Shown: positions 51,379-62,733, numbered from the stretch's first letter. The stretch is DNA of 64,000 nt from an uncultured Nitrospiraceae bacterium (GCA_963705105.1 CAVPIW010000012.1:352001-416000); one strand, 5' to 3'. Notes: generated by a model not told the origin, from the sequence alone. A program made the numbers and translations.

Positions 51379-54300
51379 CTTGCCCTTCAGCCGTGTCATG
51401 GGATCACCGAAGAGGATCCAGGTTCTTCTGATGTCCTGGTCTGTTGTGGCCGCCTTGGCTTTCATCGTCGCCTCCCCGAGGGTAATGGCCCGGGTAGTGA
51501 AGAGCAGCCGCATCAGCTCCTTGTTCATCAGGAGCTGACCTTCCGGCTCCGTCAGCCCCGAGGAGGCCCACACCGCGACGGCCCCTCCCTGTGGCGCCGT
51601 CAGCAGCGCCTCGGCCAGACTCCGGGTGTACAGGTCATGAAAGGCCCCGTTCAGGCAGGTCATGGCCACCACAAAGGGCAGACGCGCCCCGTTGATCAGA
51701 CCGTCTGCATCATCGGAGCTGAGAATACCTCCCCGCCAGAGCCCGACGGAGCCGTGGCCGATATAGGTGACCAGCGACGGTCCCTGGTCGATGCTGCTGA
51801 GGACCTCCTGTCTCGCCTCCCCGTCGCTCTGGAAGCGGCCCCGGAAGACCTCGTGAACAGGCATTGAGACGGGCAGCAGTCCCTCGATCTCCCGGGCCGC
51901 CGCCTCGAAGTCGAAGCCCTCACGTGTATCGGCCACAAACACGGCCCCGTTCATCCCGACGGGCCGCTCATGCCACTGGATCTTCGCAACAACGGCTGCA
52001 GCTTCCTCTTTGGTTCTCACCGGCAGGCGCCCCACCGCCATCTCCGGCAACCCGTCGTCGTTGAAATCGGTAAACCAGTCGTCGGAGGCCGTCTCCAGGT
52101 ATTGGGTGTCGATCAGTTTCGTCGGCACGAGGTCATGCTCGCCGAAGCCCAGGTAGTTGCGGGGGTCCACGCTGGCGTCTCCCACGAGGAGCACAACACG
52201 CGGGGGCCTGCGCCACTGCTTTTTGGCAAGGCTGAGGAACTCCCGGATCACCCGGGGGTCGTTCGCTCCGAAGCTGAACTCGTCGTAGAGGTCTTCGACA
52301 TCAACGAAGGCGACGGAGAGTCCCTGGGACTGTCGCAGTCTCATCAGGGGCTGCAGGGCATCCCGGAAGTCCCTGTGGGAGATGATGACAAGATCGGCGC
52401 CGCTGTTCGGGGACGACCAGGAGGAGGGACTGTTGGCCTTGATCATCACGGGCTTGCCGACCTTGTTTCCGGTGAAGGCAAACAGTGTCCGGGTGCCGCT
52501 GCCGGGCGTCGTGAAGGTGACGGTATATCCTGTTTCATCGGACCGGGCAGCCCCGGCGATCTCATACATCAGGTCCGGAGTGGTGATGTCGATGACCCGG
52601 ATGTCGGCACTGCGGAAGCCGTCAATGGTGACGGGCGCCCCTGCATCGGCGGTGCATGTCAGGGTGTCGTCATCGGCCCTGTAGGTGCGCTGGTAGGTCA
52701 GCCGGACCTGGTCGAGGAGGCTGACGTCGGTTTCTCCGTTTCCTGCCCTGAGGCTCAGGAGGTTGTCTCCGTCCAGGAGCGATTCCCGAGGGATCGGTAT
52801 CTGTGCCGTCACATTGGTCTGCCCGTCAAAGACCACCTCTCCCGCTTCTTCGTCATTGAGCAGGATACTGACCCGGTGCGGGATGGTCGTCACCCCTTGC
52901 AGGACGACTTCCAGCAGGGCGTCTCCTTGTGCCGAAGGGGAAGGGGAGGGGACGTGCAGGAGCCGGTCCACCCCGGAGGGGCCGATGACGGGACCGAAGA
53001 AGTTCTCCTTCTCCCCGTTTCTCAGGGCTGCAAAGTAGATCGTCCGGTCTTTCTTCCGGATCGTGAAGGGGAAACTTCCCGTCACCGGCTGACCTCCCCG
53101 GCTTCTCCATGCATGAAGCCGTTTGCCCGTTGTCGATCCTGCCATGAGCCAGTAGACCTTCCTGTCCGTCCAGGGCGTGTCGGTCCCCGTGCCGTAGAAC
53201 TCGATCGCATCGAAGGAGGAACGACCGTCCCCGGCGGCAACGAGACGAAAAGGCTGCTCCCTGCCGTCGGCAAAGAGCTGCAGACCCCGGAGATTCGTGC
53301 CCGTACGGAAGCCTGCCGCTGCCAGCTCGGACTGCCCGATGCGGTACCAGCCCTCATGATCGATGACGATCTTCACCGTCCGGCCGGAGGCGAGGATTTT
53401 CTGCATGGTCCTGTCCTCTGCCGATGTTCCCTCCGCCGCTGTGCGGGCCGTCTTCTCTGCAGGGGCCGGCGTCTTTGCGATCGTCTGCCGGGAGGATAAC
53501 GGGGTCTTTGTGCTCATCCCGCCGGAGGGCAGGAGGTCTCTGTCCTTCCTGGGAGAACTCTCAATCCTCTGCCGGAGATCCCGGAGCCGTTCTTCTTCCC
53601 TGTATCTGCCGTCCATCTTCATGCCGAAGTCCCTCAGGAAGCCGGGCCTGACCTTCTCGGGCAGGGGTGTGCCGGATGTGACGATAGGTACGGGGCCGTG
53701 CATCGTTGTCCTGCCGTCCAGGTCGATGTCTTCCAGCCAGTAGGCCACCTTGCCCGTTTCCCGGGGGATGAGGTCCCACCACTGGTAGGACAGGCCCGCC
53801 CCGAGGGGTGTGCCGGCGCCCGCCAGCAGGGCCGAGCCTCCGATGAGCTCAGGGGTCAGGCGGTAGAGGTGCCCGCCCTCTTCACGGTAGACATGAAAGC
53901 CCAGGTTGTCCACTTCATGACCCGTTTTCCACTGCAGATGGACATCACCCTCGTGCCCCGTTGCGGTGAAGGAGATGAGCTTGACGGCGGTGGGGGTCGC
54001 ATACTCATAGGCGCCGATGTCGTAGCCCGTCCCCTGTGGTCTCATGGCGCCGCGCTGGTCTGTGGCAGGGGCGCCGGTGGCCGTCCCCGCGTCGATGGCG
54101 GGACTGCCGGCAAGCAATGCATGTGTCTGGGTCGGTCCGCCGTTGTCTGCCAGAGCCCCCAGATTGGGGTTGGTGTTGGGCTTGTCGCCGGTGCCTGCGA
54201 GGAGGCAGGTGTTTGCACTGTCGATGTTGTAGCCCGCCGAGGTGATCGTCCCGGAACAATTGCCCCCCGTGTTGCTCGAGACTATCGTGTTCTTCAGAGT

Positions 54301-57300
54301 CGTTGTACCGGTGGCAGAGTTCAGTATGCCTCCACCAGTCGTGGCGGTGTTGGCGTCGATCGTCACATTTGTGAGAGTGAGCGTTTTTTGATTATAGATG
54401 CCTCCACCATTGCCGGTGGAGATATTCCCACTGATGGTGACATTGGTAAGAGTTCCTGCGACAGTCCCGTTGTAGTAAATGCCTCCGCCCCCAGCGCCAG
54501 TGTTCCCGCTGATAGTGCTACGAAGCATCGTCAGGGTGCCGGCGGGTTCGACATCGATCCCTCCCCCCTGCCCAGAGGTCGTGTTGTTTCTGACCGCAAC
54601 ATCGTTTAGGGTCAGAGTCCCCTGGTTGTAGATGCCGCCTCCTCTGCTCCCACCGGGGTTGCCGTTCTGAATCGTCATGCCTGACAGCGTGACGGTGCCG
54701 GTCACTACGTGAAACACCCGGTCGAGGCCGCCGCCGTCGATGATGGTGACCTTCGCACCCTCTCCGGTGATGGTCATGCTGGAGCGGATGTCCAGGTCAC
54801 CCGTGGCGTTGTTGTCTTCGCCCTGCCCTGCGATGCTCAGGGTGTAGGTGCCTGCCGGCACGACGATCGTCTTGCCCGTCGTCGCGTTGGCCGCAGTAAT
54901 GCACGCGCGCAGTGACGAGGTTCCCGAGTCGGCTGTGGTGGTGACGGTGAAGCCGGGACAGGTGCCCGCACCCGCGGTCACCGTGTAGTTCGGCCCGAAC
55001 TCGGAGGTGTTGTTGCTCGTATCCGTGGCAGTACCGGTGATCTTGTAGCCCGGCGCCATGCCGATGACCGTCAGACTGCCGCTGAGGTTGCCGTTGGCAT
55101 CGGCCGTCAGTGAGCCGAGATACGAGCTGCCCCTCGCCGTACCCGCTGCCGTCGTTGTCGGACCGGAAGATCTCGACCCGTGCGCCTGCAAAAGCGCTCT
55201 GCCCCGGTAAGCTCCCCACATATCCCGCCACGGTCAGTGTGGAGCCCGATACCGACGCAGAGGTGAAGACAGGATAGTCCATCAACAGGTTGGGTTGGTT
55301 AGCGGTCTTCGCACCGTCGTTCACCGTGACGCCGTTGTCGCCCAGGTCGATGCCGATACTCCAATTACCGTAGATGGCATTGCCAAGAATCGCGTTGCCT
55401 ACGGTAGCGCTGCCGGCGTTAATGACTACACCCTTCTGGGTGTTCCACGCGATGAGGTTCCCGGCCGCCGCCGTCGTCCCGCCGATGGTGTTGTCGTGCG
55501 CCCCATTGTCGATGTAGATCCCATAGACGGTATTCGGAATGGAACGGGTCTTCGTGACATCCGTGCCTATCGCATTTCCGAGAATCTGAGTACCGGTGGC
55601 GCCGGAGCCGTACAAGTAGATGCCGTGCCGGCCGCTGCCGCCGATCAGGTTTCCGGCTCCTGCGGTCGCGCCGCCGATGGTCGTGTTCACGGAACCGTCG
55701 ATGACGATCCCGTCGGTCCCGTTGGCGATAACCGTATCGCCCGCAGCATTCGTTCCGATATAGTTCCCCTGCACCACATTGAGGCTGGAGCTCCCTCCGA
55801 TGTAGATCCCCTGGTATGTGTTTCCGGCGATCACATTCCGGTCGACTGCCGAGGTCCCTCCGATCTGGCAACCGTTGGCGCCGCCGATGAGATAGACTCC
55901 CTTGGCGCCGTTGCCCGAGGCAGTGGTTCCAGGTGCATTCGTTCCGATATGGTTTCCGGCGATGATATTGTTGTCGCCGCCGCTGACCTGGATCCCGTCA
56001 CCGGGAAACCGGTTGATGGTGAAACCGCGGATTGCGCTGTTCGATGACGTGATCTGCAGGCCGACCGAGCCGGCACCGGCATTCGTACCGTTCAGTTCGA
56101 TGATTGGGGCACTCGTCCATCCCGGCTGTTTCTGCGCGTTGATGGCCATCGTTGTGCTGATCGGTGGGAGTGCCGAGGTGGGGCTGATGGTGGCCACACC
56201 GCCGCTGAAGTAGTTGTTGGAGGACCGCAGTCCCGCTGCCGCCGTCCCGTTGCTGATCATGAACACGGCGTTTTCCTTCACGTCCACCAAACCCGATTGA
56301 TGCAGCGAGCCGTCGCCCCCCAGAGTATTGGCGTTCGTGATGAACTGACGCAGGCTCCCCTGCCCGCTGTCGTTGGTATTAACGATGGTGTCGAAGTTGA
56401 AGCCGAAGTCGACGCCGGTCACATTGGACGAGCTGGTAGTGACAGGGGCAAAGGCATGGGCCTTTCCTGAACCGCTGCCGGAGAAAACACCCGTTGAGCT
56501 GTTGAGTACCCAGCCCGACGCCGCATTACCGGCATCCGCCGTGGCCGGGTCGTGTCCGCCGACGTAGTCGGTTACATCCACGGCACTGCCGCTCGTAGCG
56601 TTCGTCCGATAGGTCATCACCGGGGTGGCGGGTCCGCCACGCGACGAGGTCACGCTGGAGCTCACCACGCGAACTATATAGTTGCCGGCGGCAAGTCCAT
56701 TGAATGCGTAGTCGCCGTTCGGGCTGTTCGTAGTCGTAGAGGTGATGTACGCACCCGTGCTGCCGTTGAACAACTCGACCCGGGCAGTCGGGCGGGCCGA
56801 GCCTCCGTTGCCCAAGGCTGTACTCAGGTTCCGTCCTGCCCCGCCTCCGTAGTTCACGTCCTCGAATACGGTGCCGGAAATCCCCAGCGTTATAACCGTG
56901 AAGTTCGGCCCGAACTCCGACGTGTTGGTGCTCCCATCCGTCGCGGTTCCTGTAATCTTGTCCCCGACATTCAATCCACTGACCGTCAGGGACCCGCTGA
57001 AGTTGCCGTTGGCATCCGCGGTAAGGAACCCCAGATAGAGCTGCCCCTCTCCGTAACCGCTGCCGTCATTGTCGGACCGGAAGATCTCGACGCGGGCGCC
57101 TGCAAAGGCACTCTGGTTCGGTGCATTGCCCACGTACCCCGCCACGGTCAAAGTCGAGCCCGTCAGGCTGGCTGACGTGAAAACGGGGTAGTCCATTAAC
57201 AGGTTGGGTTGGTTGCTAGTCTTCGCACCGTCGTTTATTGTGACTCCGTTGTTGCCCAGGTCGATGCCTATGCCGCCATTGCCGTAAATTGCGTTGCCAA

Positions 57301-59152
57301 GGACCGCGTTCCCAGGGGTAGAGGCTCCCTGGACGATCACCCCCTGTAAGCGGTTCCCTGAAACGATATTGCCGGCCCCGGTGGCGGTCCCGCCGATGGT
57401 GTTGGAGGCCCCGTTGATCAAGATGCCGTATTGGTTCTCTACGGCTCCTGTCCGTGCAGCGTTCGTGCCGATGGAGTTGCCTTGAATCATGTTCCCGCTG
57501 CTCACGATGTAAATGCCGTACATGATATTCCCGGAGATAGTGTTACCGGCCCCGGCGATAGTCCCTCCGATCGTGTTGGTCGGACCATTGACCGCAATGC
57601 CGTTGCTGTTGGGAATGGCCGCGGTCCCGGCCGCGTTCAGGCCGACATAATTGCCGAGGATGACGTTGCCCGTTGAGGATGCACCGTTGATATAGATGCC
57701 ACTCTGTGACGCAATCCCTCCGATGACGTTGCGGTCGGCCGGCGTCGTGCCCCCGACTGTATTGTTCGACGAGTTTTCGATCCCCACGCCGCCGAACATC
57801 TGAATGGGGGCGGCCGCTGTTCCGGCGGCATTCAGGTTCAGATAGTTCCCTGCAACCACGCTTCCGCTGCTGCCGTTCAGCTCGACCCCGTACCAGTTCT
57901 GAAAGTTGTTGATGACGAAGCCCCGGACAATACTGGCGCCACCGGTGATCTTGAGGCCGGAGGCCGTGGACGCATTGGTTCCGTCCAGTTCGATCTCCGG
58001 CCCCAGGGTGTTGGTGTTCCCCTGGCTGGTGGTCTGGGTCGTTCCGTCGATGACGGTGCCGGCGGCGGTGATCGTTGGCAGGGCCGAAGCTGGGCTGATT
58101 CGCCACCACGAGTCGCCGCCCGAGCTCTGATTGCCGGGCCCCGGAATGTTGAATGAAATCGTAGTGCCTGGACTGCCGTTGGCCCTGTTGATGCACTCCC
58201 GCAACGACCCGCTGCCGGTATCGGCTGTTGTAGTGACCCTGTTGGCGTAACAGAGGGATGCGACCTTGATCTCAACGGCAATCCCGCCGATGTGGGAGAC
58301 AGCGCTCTGGGTGACATTAACGGTGGTGCTCCCCGTCGCTCTCCATTCCGCTCTAATACTGGTGTTCGGCGTACTGTAGGCGGCCCCTGTGAAGGCGGTA
58401 TAGCCCGTCCCCGCCGAGATCGATGTGGCGCTGTTCACCATGTTGGAGAAGCCGCCGGCGGTCGCGTTTGTCGGGTCACCGAGCGCTGCGAGTGATATCG
58501 ACAGACCTGCAGCAGCCGACGCACTATCTGTTCGACCGGTGACGCTCTGCACTATCGCACCGGAGCCGTTCGTCCCCGATGTGTCAACACCGCTGAACCG
58601 CTCGATCGCCCAGGCGCATCCGGTCTGGCTGGCGCCGAAGCTTATGGTCACCGCCCCTGCTGTGGGTGCGGCGCCCATTGCCCTGAAAAGAGTGGTTCGT
58701 GCTGTGGGTGCCGCTATGGTTCCCCAGGTGACGGTAGCGACCTGGACCCAGGTCAGGCCATTGCCGGATAGCGTGGGAGTGTCGGGCGTGGTTGCCTTTG
58801 TATTTGTAACCCAGGCAAGGACGAGATTGTTGGCCGTTGGTGTGATGGAAGCGGTCGTGTATGAGGCTTGATTAGTAGTGCTGCCGGCGGCGGCTAAATG
58901 CGTTCCGCCGACCGCCGCAAAGCTCGTGGCAGGATAAAGGACCGGAATGACGGCCAGAGACAAGAGGAGACAGATTATAGTAACGCTGATCCGCATCCCC
59001 GCTCGGAACCGGGAAATCCCACGGGGATGCCATGGAAAATGTTTTTTCAATGTGCCTCCACGATCGGGGGGACCGCCTGAAAACGTCTGAGCCGTCTCCC
59101 TTGGCGCAGGAGGATTCACCCCTCCTTCCTGGAGAATATATCTGTATCTCAT
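51376..59152 (-). CDS. Giant secreted protein (~2590 aa reconstructed): CSLREA-like/parallel beta-helix modules, SdrD-B-like and choice-of-anchor Q-like domains, C-terminal C25 (gingipain-family) peptidase; +1 frameshift at 55123
   Basis: Signal peptide; three DSG.(G/S)SLR..I..AN modules; [21 protein letters not shown]...DIGAYE; C25 motifs LLVGDA, D.W, VGRLP, YIGHGS, MTCLNG, LFGDP; the extra base is shown by comparison with the internal repeat. Confidence 0.85.
54985..57300 (-). repeat. Intragenic duplicated ~130-aa module (approx. 54985-55390 and 56897-57300)
   Basis: [31 protein letters not shown]...NTSEFGPN present twice. Confidence 0.85.
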
Positions 59153-59449
59153 GACGCACCTCCGGCTTTGCATATGTATCCGTATCTATATATCGAGAAT
59201 ACAGCAGGATATCTTTAGTGATTTCGCTCACGGGTTTCGGTTCCGGGCATTATCCGCAATAGTTTGTCAGTGCATCGTATGGGAATGAATGGCATTTTCC
59301 TTAAACGTCAATAGATTCGAAGCCATATGGAGAGGGGAAGCAACTAATGTACCACTGATGTTTGCTGCTGCAAAGGAGCACGCGAAGTTGGTTGAAGGAA
59401 TTCGGGGACTGAGAAACCTGCGGGTAAGAGGATGAACCGTATTGCGGGT

Positions 59450-59536
59450 TGTCATTCCGGCTTGCCCGGAATCCTTCTTGTTTTTCAGAAGGATTGCCGG
59501 CGCCCCCGCATTACGTGCGGGGTTGCGGCAATGACA
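59450..59536. repeat. GTCA-tagged palindrome doublet (empty copy)
   Basis: TGTCATTCCGGCTTGCCCGGAATCCTT...AAGGATTGCCG...CGGCAATGACA. Confidence 0.8.
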
Positions 59537-59778
59537 GTGTTATAGGGATTTCATTAACGGAGTAATAAATCCGGGGGATGAGGAAGATGGTTGGAAAAGT
59601 CCTTTATGCGGCGGCTATGGTCTCGCAGTATGCCGCAAACTGATACGCCTGGTGACAAAAATCGTCACATCAATGCCTACCTCAGGTCCTCACGCGAAAC
59701 TGAAAAGCGCACAAAGAAAGACAGAATGCCTGGTGGATGATTAGTTTCAAAAGAGCGATATTTAAAGAAAAGAGTGAG

Positions 59779-59808
59779 TTGACGAACAGTTTGTAATTAC
59801 ATTATAAT
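59779..59808 (+). promoter_or_regulatory. Toxin-antitoxin promoter with a palindromic operator
   Basis: TTGACG-18 nt-TATAAT containing the palindrome TGTAATTACA (59792-59801). Confidence 0.65.
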
Positions 59809-59838
59809 AACATTAAGTTGTATTCCAGGGAGGAAGTC

Positions 59839-60087
59839 ATGAAGGTAAATGTCATAACGATCGGTAATTCAAAGGGGATCAGAATACCGAAAGCGATACT
59901 TGAGCAGTGCGACTTCACCGATCAGGCCGATCTCGAAGTCAGGGACAGCAAGCTTATCATTGCGCCGGTCAGGAGAAAGCCGCGAGAGGGATGGAGCGAG
60001 GCCTTCAAGTCGATGAAAAGGAGGGGAGAAGACAGACTTGTGGTCGATGATTCCATTGACTTGGAGATGAAGGGGTGGGAGTGGTAG
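59839..60087 (+). CDS. mazE: AbrB/MazE-family antitoxin
   Basis: IGNSKGIRIPK, PREGW..AF. Confidence 0.9.
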   Translation: MKVNVITIGNSKGIRIPKAILEQCDFTDQADLEVRDSKLIIAPVRRKPREGWSEAFKSMKRRGEDRLVVDDSIDLEMKGWEW

Positions 60088-60088
60088 C

Positions 60089-60403
60089 ATGCAATATCAT
60101 GTGTACCTGGTAAATCTCGATCCCACGATCGGCCACGAGATAAGGAAAACCCGGCCTTGTCTCGTCGTCTCTCCCGACGAGATGAACGAACACCTGAGTA
60201 CCGTTATTATTGCACCCATGACGACGAAATCCCACAAGTACCCGACGAGAATCAAGATCCGTTTCAGCGGCAAGGACGGCTGGATTGTCCTGGATCAACT
60301 GAGAACGGTTGACCGGAGACGCCTGGTCAAAGAACTGGGTATCATTGACGATCAGGCTGTGCGGGAGGTGAAAGAAGTGATCAGGGAGATGCTCGTCGAT
60401 TAG
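60089..60403 (+). CDS. mazF: PemK/MazF-family toxin
   Basis: VNLDPT.GHEI.KTRP.LVVS, LDQLRTVD..RL. Confidence 0.93.
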   Translation: MQYHVYLVNLDPTIGHEIRKTRPCLVVSPDEMNEHLSTVIIAPMTTKSHKYPTRIKIRFSGKDGWIVLDQLRTVDRRRLVKELGIIDDQAVREVKEVIREMLVD

Positions 60404-60897
60404 TCCCCTGACACGTTCCTTGCCTTCTGCCGGACCCATCGCCAGGACCGGACAGCAGAGCACAGAAGCCCCATGCGGCTCATGAATCCTATCGCGAACC
60501 GCTCCATGCCCAGGCCGAGATAAATCCTCCTGCCGTTTCTCTCTATCTGCCGAACGCAGCCCAACACATCATTCTTCGGGATGAGGCAATCAGGCTCTGA
60601 AGCGTTATCTCCTCTTGTGAGATATTGATTCCCCTTCCTGCCGACGACCCTGTGGATGATCAGTTTTCCCGTCCGCAGGCATTGAAAAGCGACGAGACGT
60701 CCGAAGGCTATTGAGACATCCCCGAGCGGCGAAAGGGTGACGGTGTCACCATCCTCCAGGAAAGGTGACATGCTGTGACCTTTCGCGCGGAACTTGCAGC
60801 AAGATCCCTTTGCGAGTATATCCCGGAGGAGTTCACTGAGCAGGTCATGGCTCATGATGACCGGTGGCGAGGTCATGCTATTGCCACGGTTCTTCAA
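60400..60897 (-). CDS. S24/S26-family peptidase (Ser/His type)
   Basis: GHSMSPFL.DGD, IIHRV, TRGDN; SD GGAGGAG before TTG. Confidence 0.85.
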   Translation of the reverse strand: MKNRGNSMTSPPVIMSHDLLSELLRDILAKGSCCKFRAKGHSMSPFLEDGDTVTLSPLGDVSIAFGRLVAFQCLRTGKLIIHRVVGRKGNQYLTRGDNASEPDCLIPKNDVLGCVRQIERNGRRIYLGLGMERFAIGFMSRMGLLCSAVRSWRWVRQKARNVSGD

Positions 60898-60923
60898 ATT
60901 GGCTCCTCCGGCTTTTGTGTGGG

Positions 60924-61310
60924 TGTCATTCCGGCTTGTCCGGAATCCTTCCGGCGATATCTTCGTAAAGATCCCTCATGGTGGGATTGCTCTGCTTGAT
61001 GAGCTCGATTTTCTCTTGTCTGCTCATGTTCTTTATTTGCTTTTCCCTGATAACGGCGCTACGGCCGTTGCCACAGAACTCGAAAAAAACGAGCCTATGT
61101 AAGAAATATTTGGCGGTGAAACATTTCGGATTGAGGCGGTTCTTATGCTCATAGATCCTTCGCACGAGATTATTCGTTACACCGACATAGAGAGTCGGCC
61201 TGGCATTGGCCACAATATACACCGCAAAAATCTTCTCCATGGTCCAGCCTTTAGATCAGAAGGATTCCGGACCGATCCTCGACAATGCGAGGACAAGAGC
61301 CGGAATGACA
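60924..61310. mobile_element. GIY-YIG gene enclosed by inverted GTCA-tagged palindromes
   Basis: Left TGTCATTCCGGCTTGTCCGGAATCCTT; right AAGGATTCCGGAC...AGCCGGAATGACA. Confidence 0.7.
60926..61240 (-). CDS. Small GIY-YIG nuclease family protein
   Basis: VYIVAN...[34 protein letters not shown]. Confidence 0.92.
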   Translation of the reverse strand: MEKIFAVYIVANARPTLYVGVTNNLVRRIYEHKNRLNPKCFTAKYFLHRLVFFEFCGNGRSAVIREKQIKNMSRQEKIELIKQSNPTMRDLYEDIAGRIPDKPE

Positions 61311-61385
61311 GAAAACAAGGCCTTCATGTCAGCGCATGCACTCCATTTACCCACAGGATTCCGTGACAAATCTTCAATTTCAAGC

Positions 61386-62270
61386 CTAAAGATAGCCCCC
61401 TGCATCGTCAATGAATGCGACCACCCTCTTGTCCGGCACGAACCTCAGCTCATGACACGGGACGCTTTCTGCCACGTCCTGGAGAAAACCGAGGGTGAAG
61501 GAGAGACCTGCGGGGTCATAAAAGAGGACAAAAGAGCGCGCAAAGAGGCCGCTTACGGCATCGGCCGTCTGTTGCGGGACGAGTTCGTTTTCCCGTCCGT
61601 GCCGCAGGAGATAAATCCCTGTCAAAGGGGTTCTGACGGGTGAGGAAAGCCTCGCGTCGCCGTGCCAGGGCGTCCCGTACATCCATATCCTGCCGTCCAC
61701 CTTCCGCAGGACGATCCGGTCATCGCTGAGGACAGTCACTCCCGGTTCGTCCTGCCAGAGCCCCGCCATTGTTGTCTTACCGTCGCCGGACTGTCCCGTG
61801 AAGAGATGTCCCCGCCCCGAGGAATCGATAAGGCCGCAGGCATGGATCTCGACGCCTCTGCCCAGGGCGAGGTGATTGATCAGGATGAGCTCATCGAGCG
61901 GGTATTCCAGCGGATAAACGGGCACGGCCGGATCAAAAGAGGAGCGGTTGAGCAGGACCTTTCCCCGTGTATAATCCCTGATCATCAGGGCTGCCTTATA
62001 CGGGACGGGACCGGAGAGGGGTGAGCGGAACAGGAAGAGATACGATTCATCATGATCGTAAAGCTGCCATGCCGATCCCGAATCGAAGATCTTCCGGTTG
62101 CCCGCATCCAGAATCGTGAGATCATCCCATGCCGTTTCGATGATCACATCGGGATCGGGTTCGTGAACGACGAAGTCCCGAAGCGGACCGCCGGCATGCA
62201 GTTGCAGGGACGGGTCTGCGCTGATGATCGACAATGTCACATCGGCGATACGAATACCTAATTGTTGCAT
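61386..62270 (-). CDS. HPr-kinase-like P-loop protein (lasso-peptide kinase/ScmC-like)
   Basis: IHACG, FTGQSGDGKTT, LSDDR, GTPW.G. Confidence 0.82.
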   Translation of the reverse strand: MQQLGIRIADVTLSIISADPSLQLHAGGPLRDFVVHEPDPDVIIETAWDDLTILDAGNRKIFDSGSAWQLYDHDESYLFLFRSPLSGPVPYKAALMIRDYTRGKVLLNRSSFDPAVPVYPLEYPLDELILINHLALGRGVEIHACGLIDSSGRGHLFTGQSGDGKTTMAGLWQDEPGVTVLSDDRIVLRKVDGRIWMYGTPWHGDARLSSPVRTPLTGIYLLRHGRENELVPQQTADAVSGLFARSFVLFYDPAGLSFTLGFLQDVAESVPCHELRFVPDKRVVAFIDDAGGYL

Positions 62271-62368
62271 AGAACCTTTGGAAAGATGGGGCGAAGATGC
62301 CACCATAACAGTCATTAAGTCACTCAGTCATTGAGTCATTCATGGATAGTCGGAACGAACACCCATGC

Positions 62369-62623
62369 GGGAAGGCTGATGTGGTGAAAAGCCTTTCCGC
62401 TAAGATACCTTATTCATCACCAGACCACCCTTTGCCGTGTCGATTGATACCAAAAGCCCGTCAGGCAACAGTCGCTGAACACCTTGAGATGTCTCATCAT
62501 CGCATTGGAAAGGCGTTGAACCATATCTGCCCTCCCGGAAGCAGCGGTCGTGACACTGACACTGACACTCACACTGTCACTGACACTGTTTTCAGAGCAC
62601 TTCGTCCCGCCTTTTCATGCAAC
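62369..62623. mobile_element. Family 2 element (62369-62536) followed by a hexamer array and a family 1 end
   Basis: Same-length reverse copy of 19538-19705; (ACTGAC)n; CCCGCCTTTTCATGCAAC. Confidence 0.75.
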
Positions 62624-62733
62624 TGCAAGGTATGGAGAGCGTCGGGAACTTGTGCGTCGACGTCTCCATGGGCGTCCTGCCTGCTCTTTGCAGACATTCC
62701 TTCGCTGATCCGGGGGAGGGTGTCAAGCCTGTC

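Noticed and set aside
55110..55135. Programmed ribosomal frameshift in the giant gene
   Set aside because: No slippery sequence; the paralogous repeat simply lacks the extra base
54985..57300. Internal repeat pair as DGR template and variable regions
   Set aside because: Both copies are coding within one gene, differences do not look adenine-specific by eye, and no reverse transcriptase is in the window
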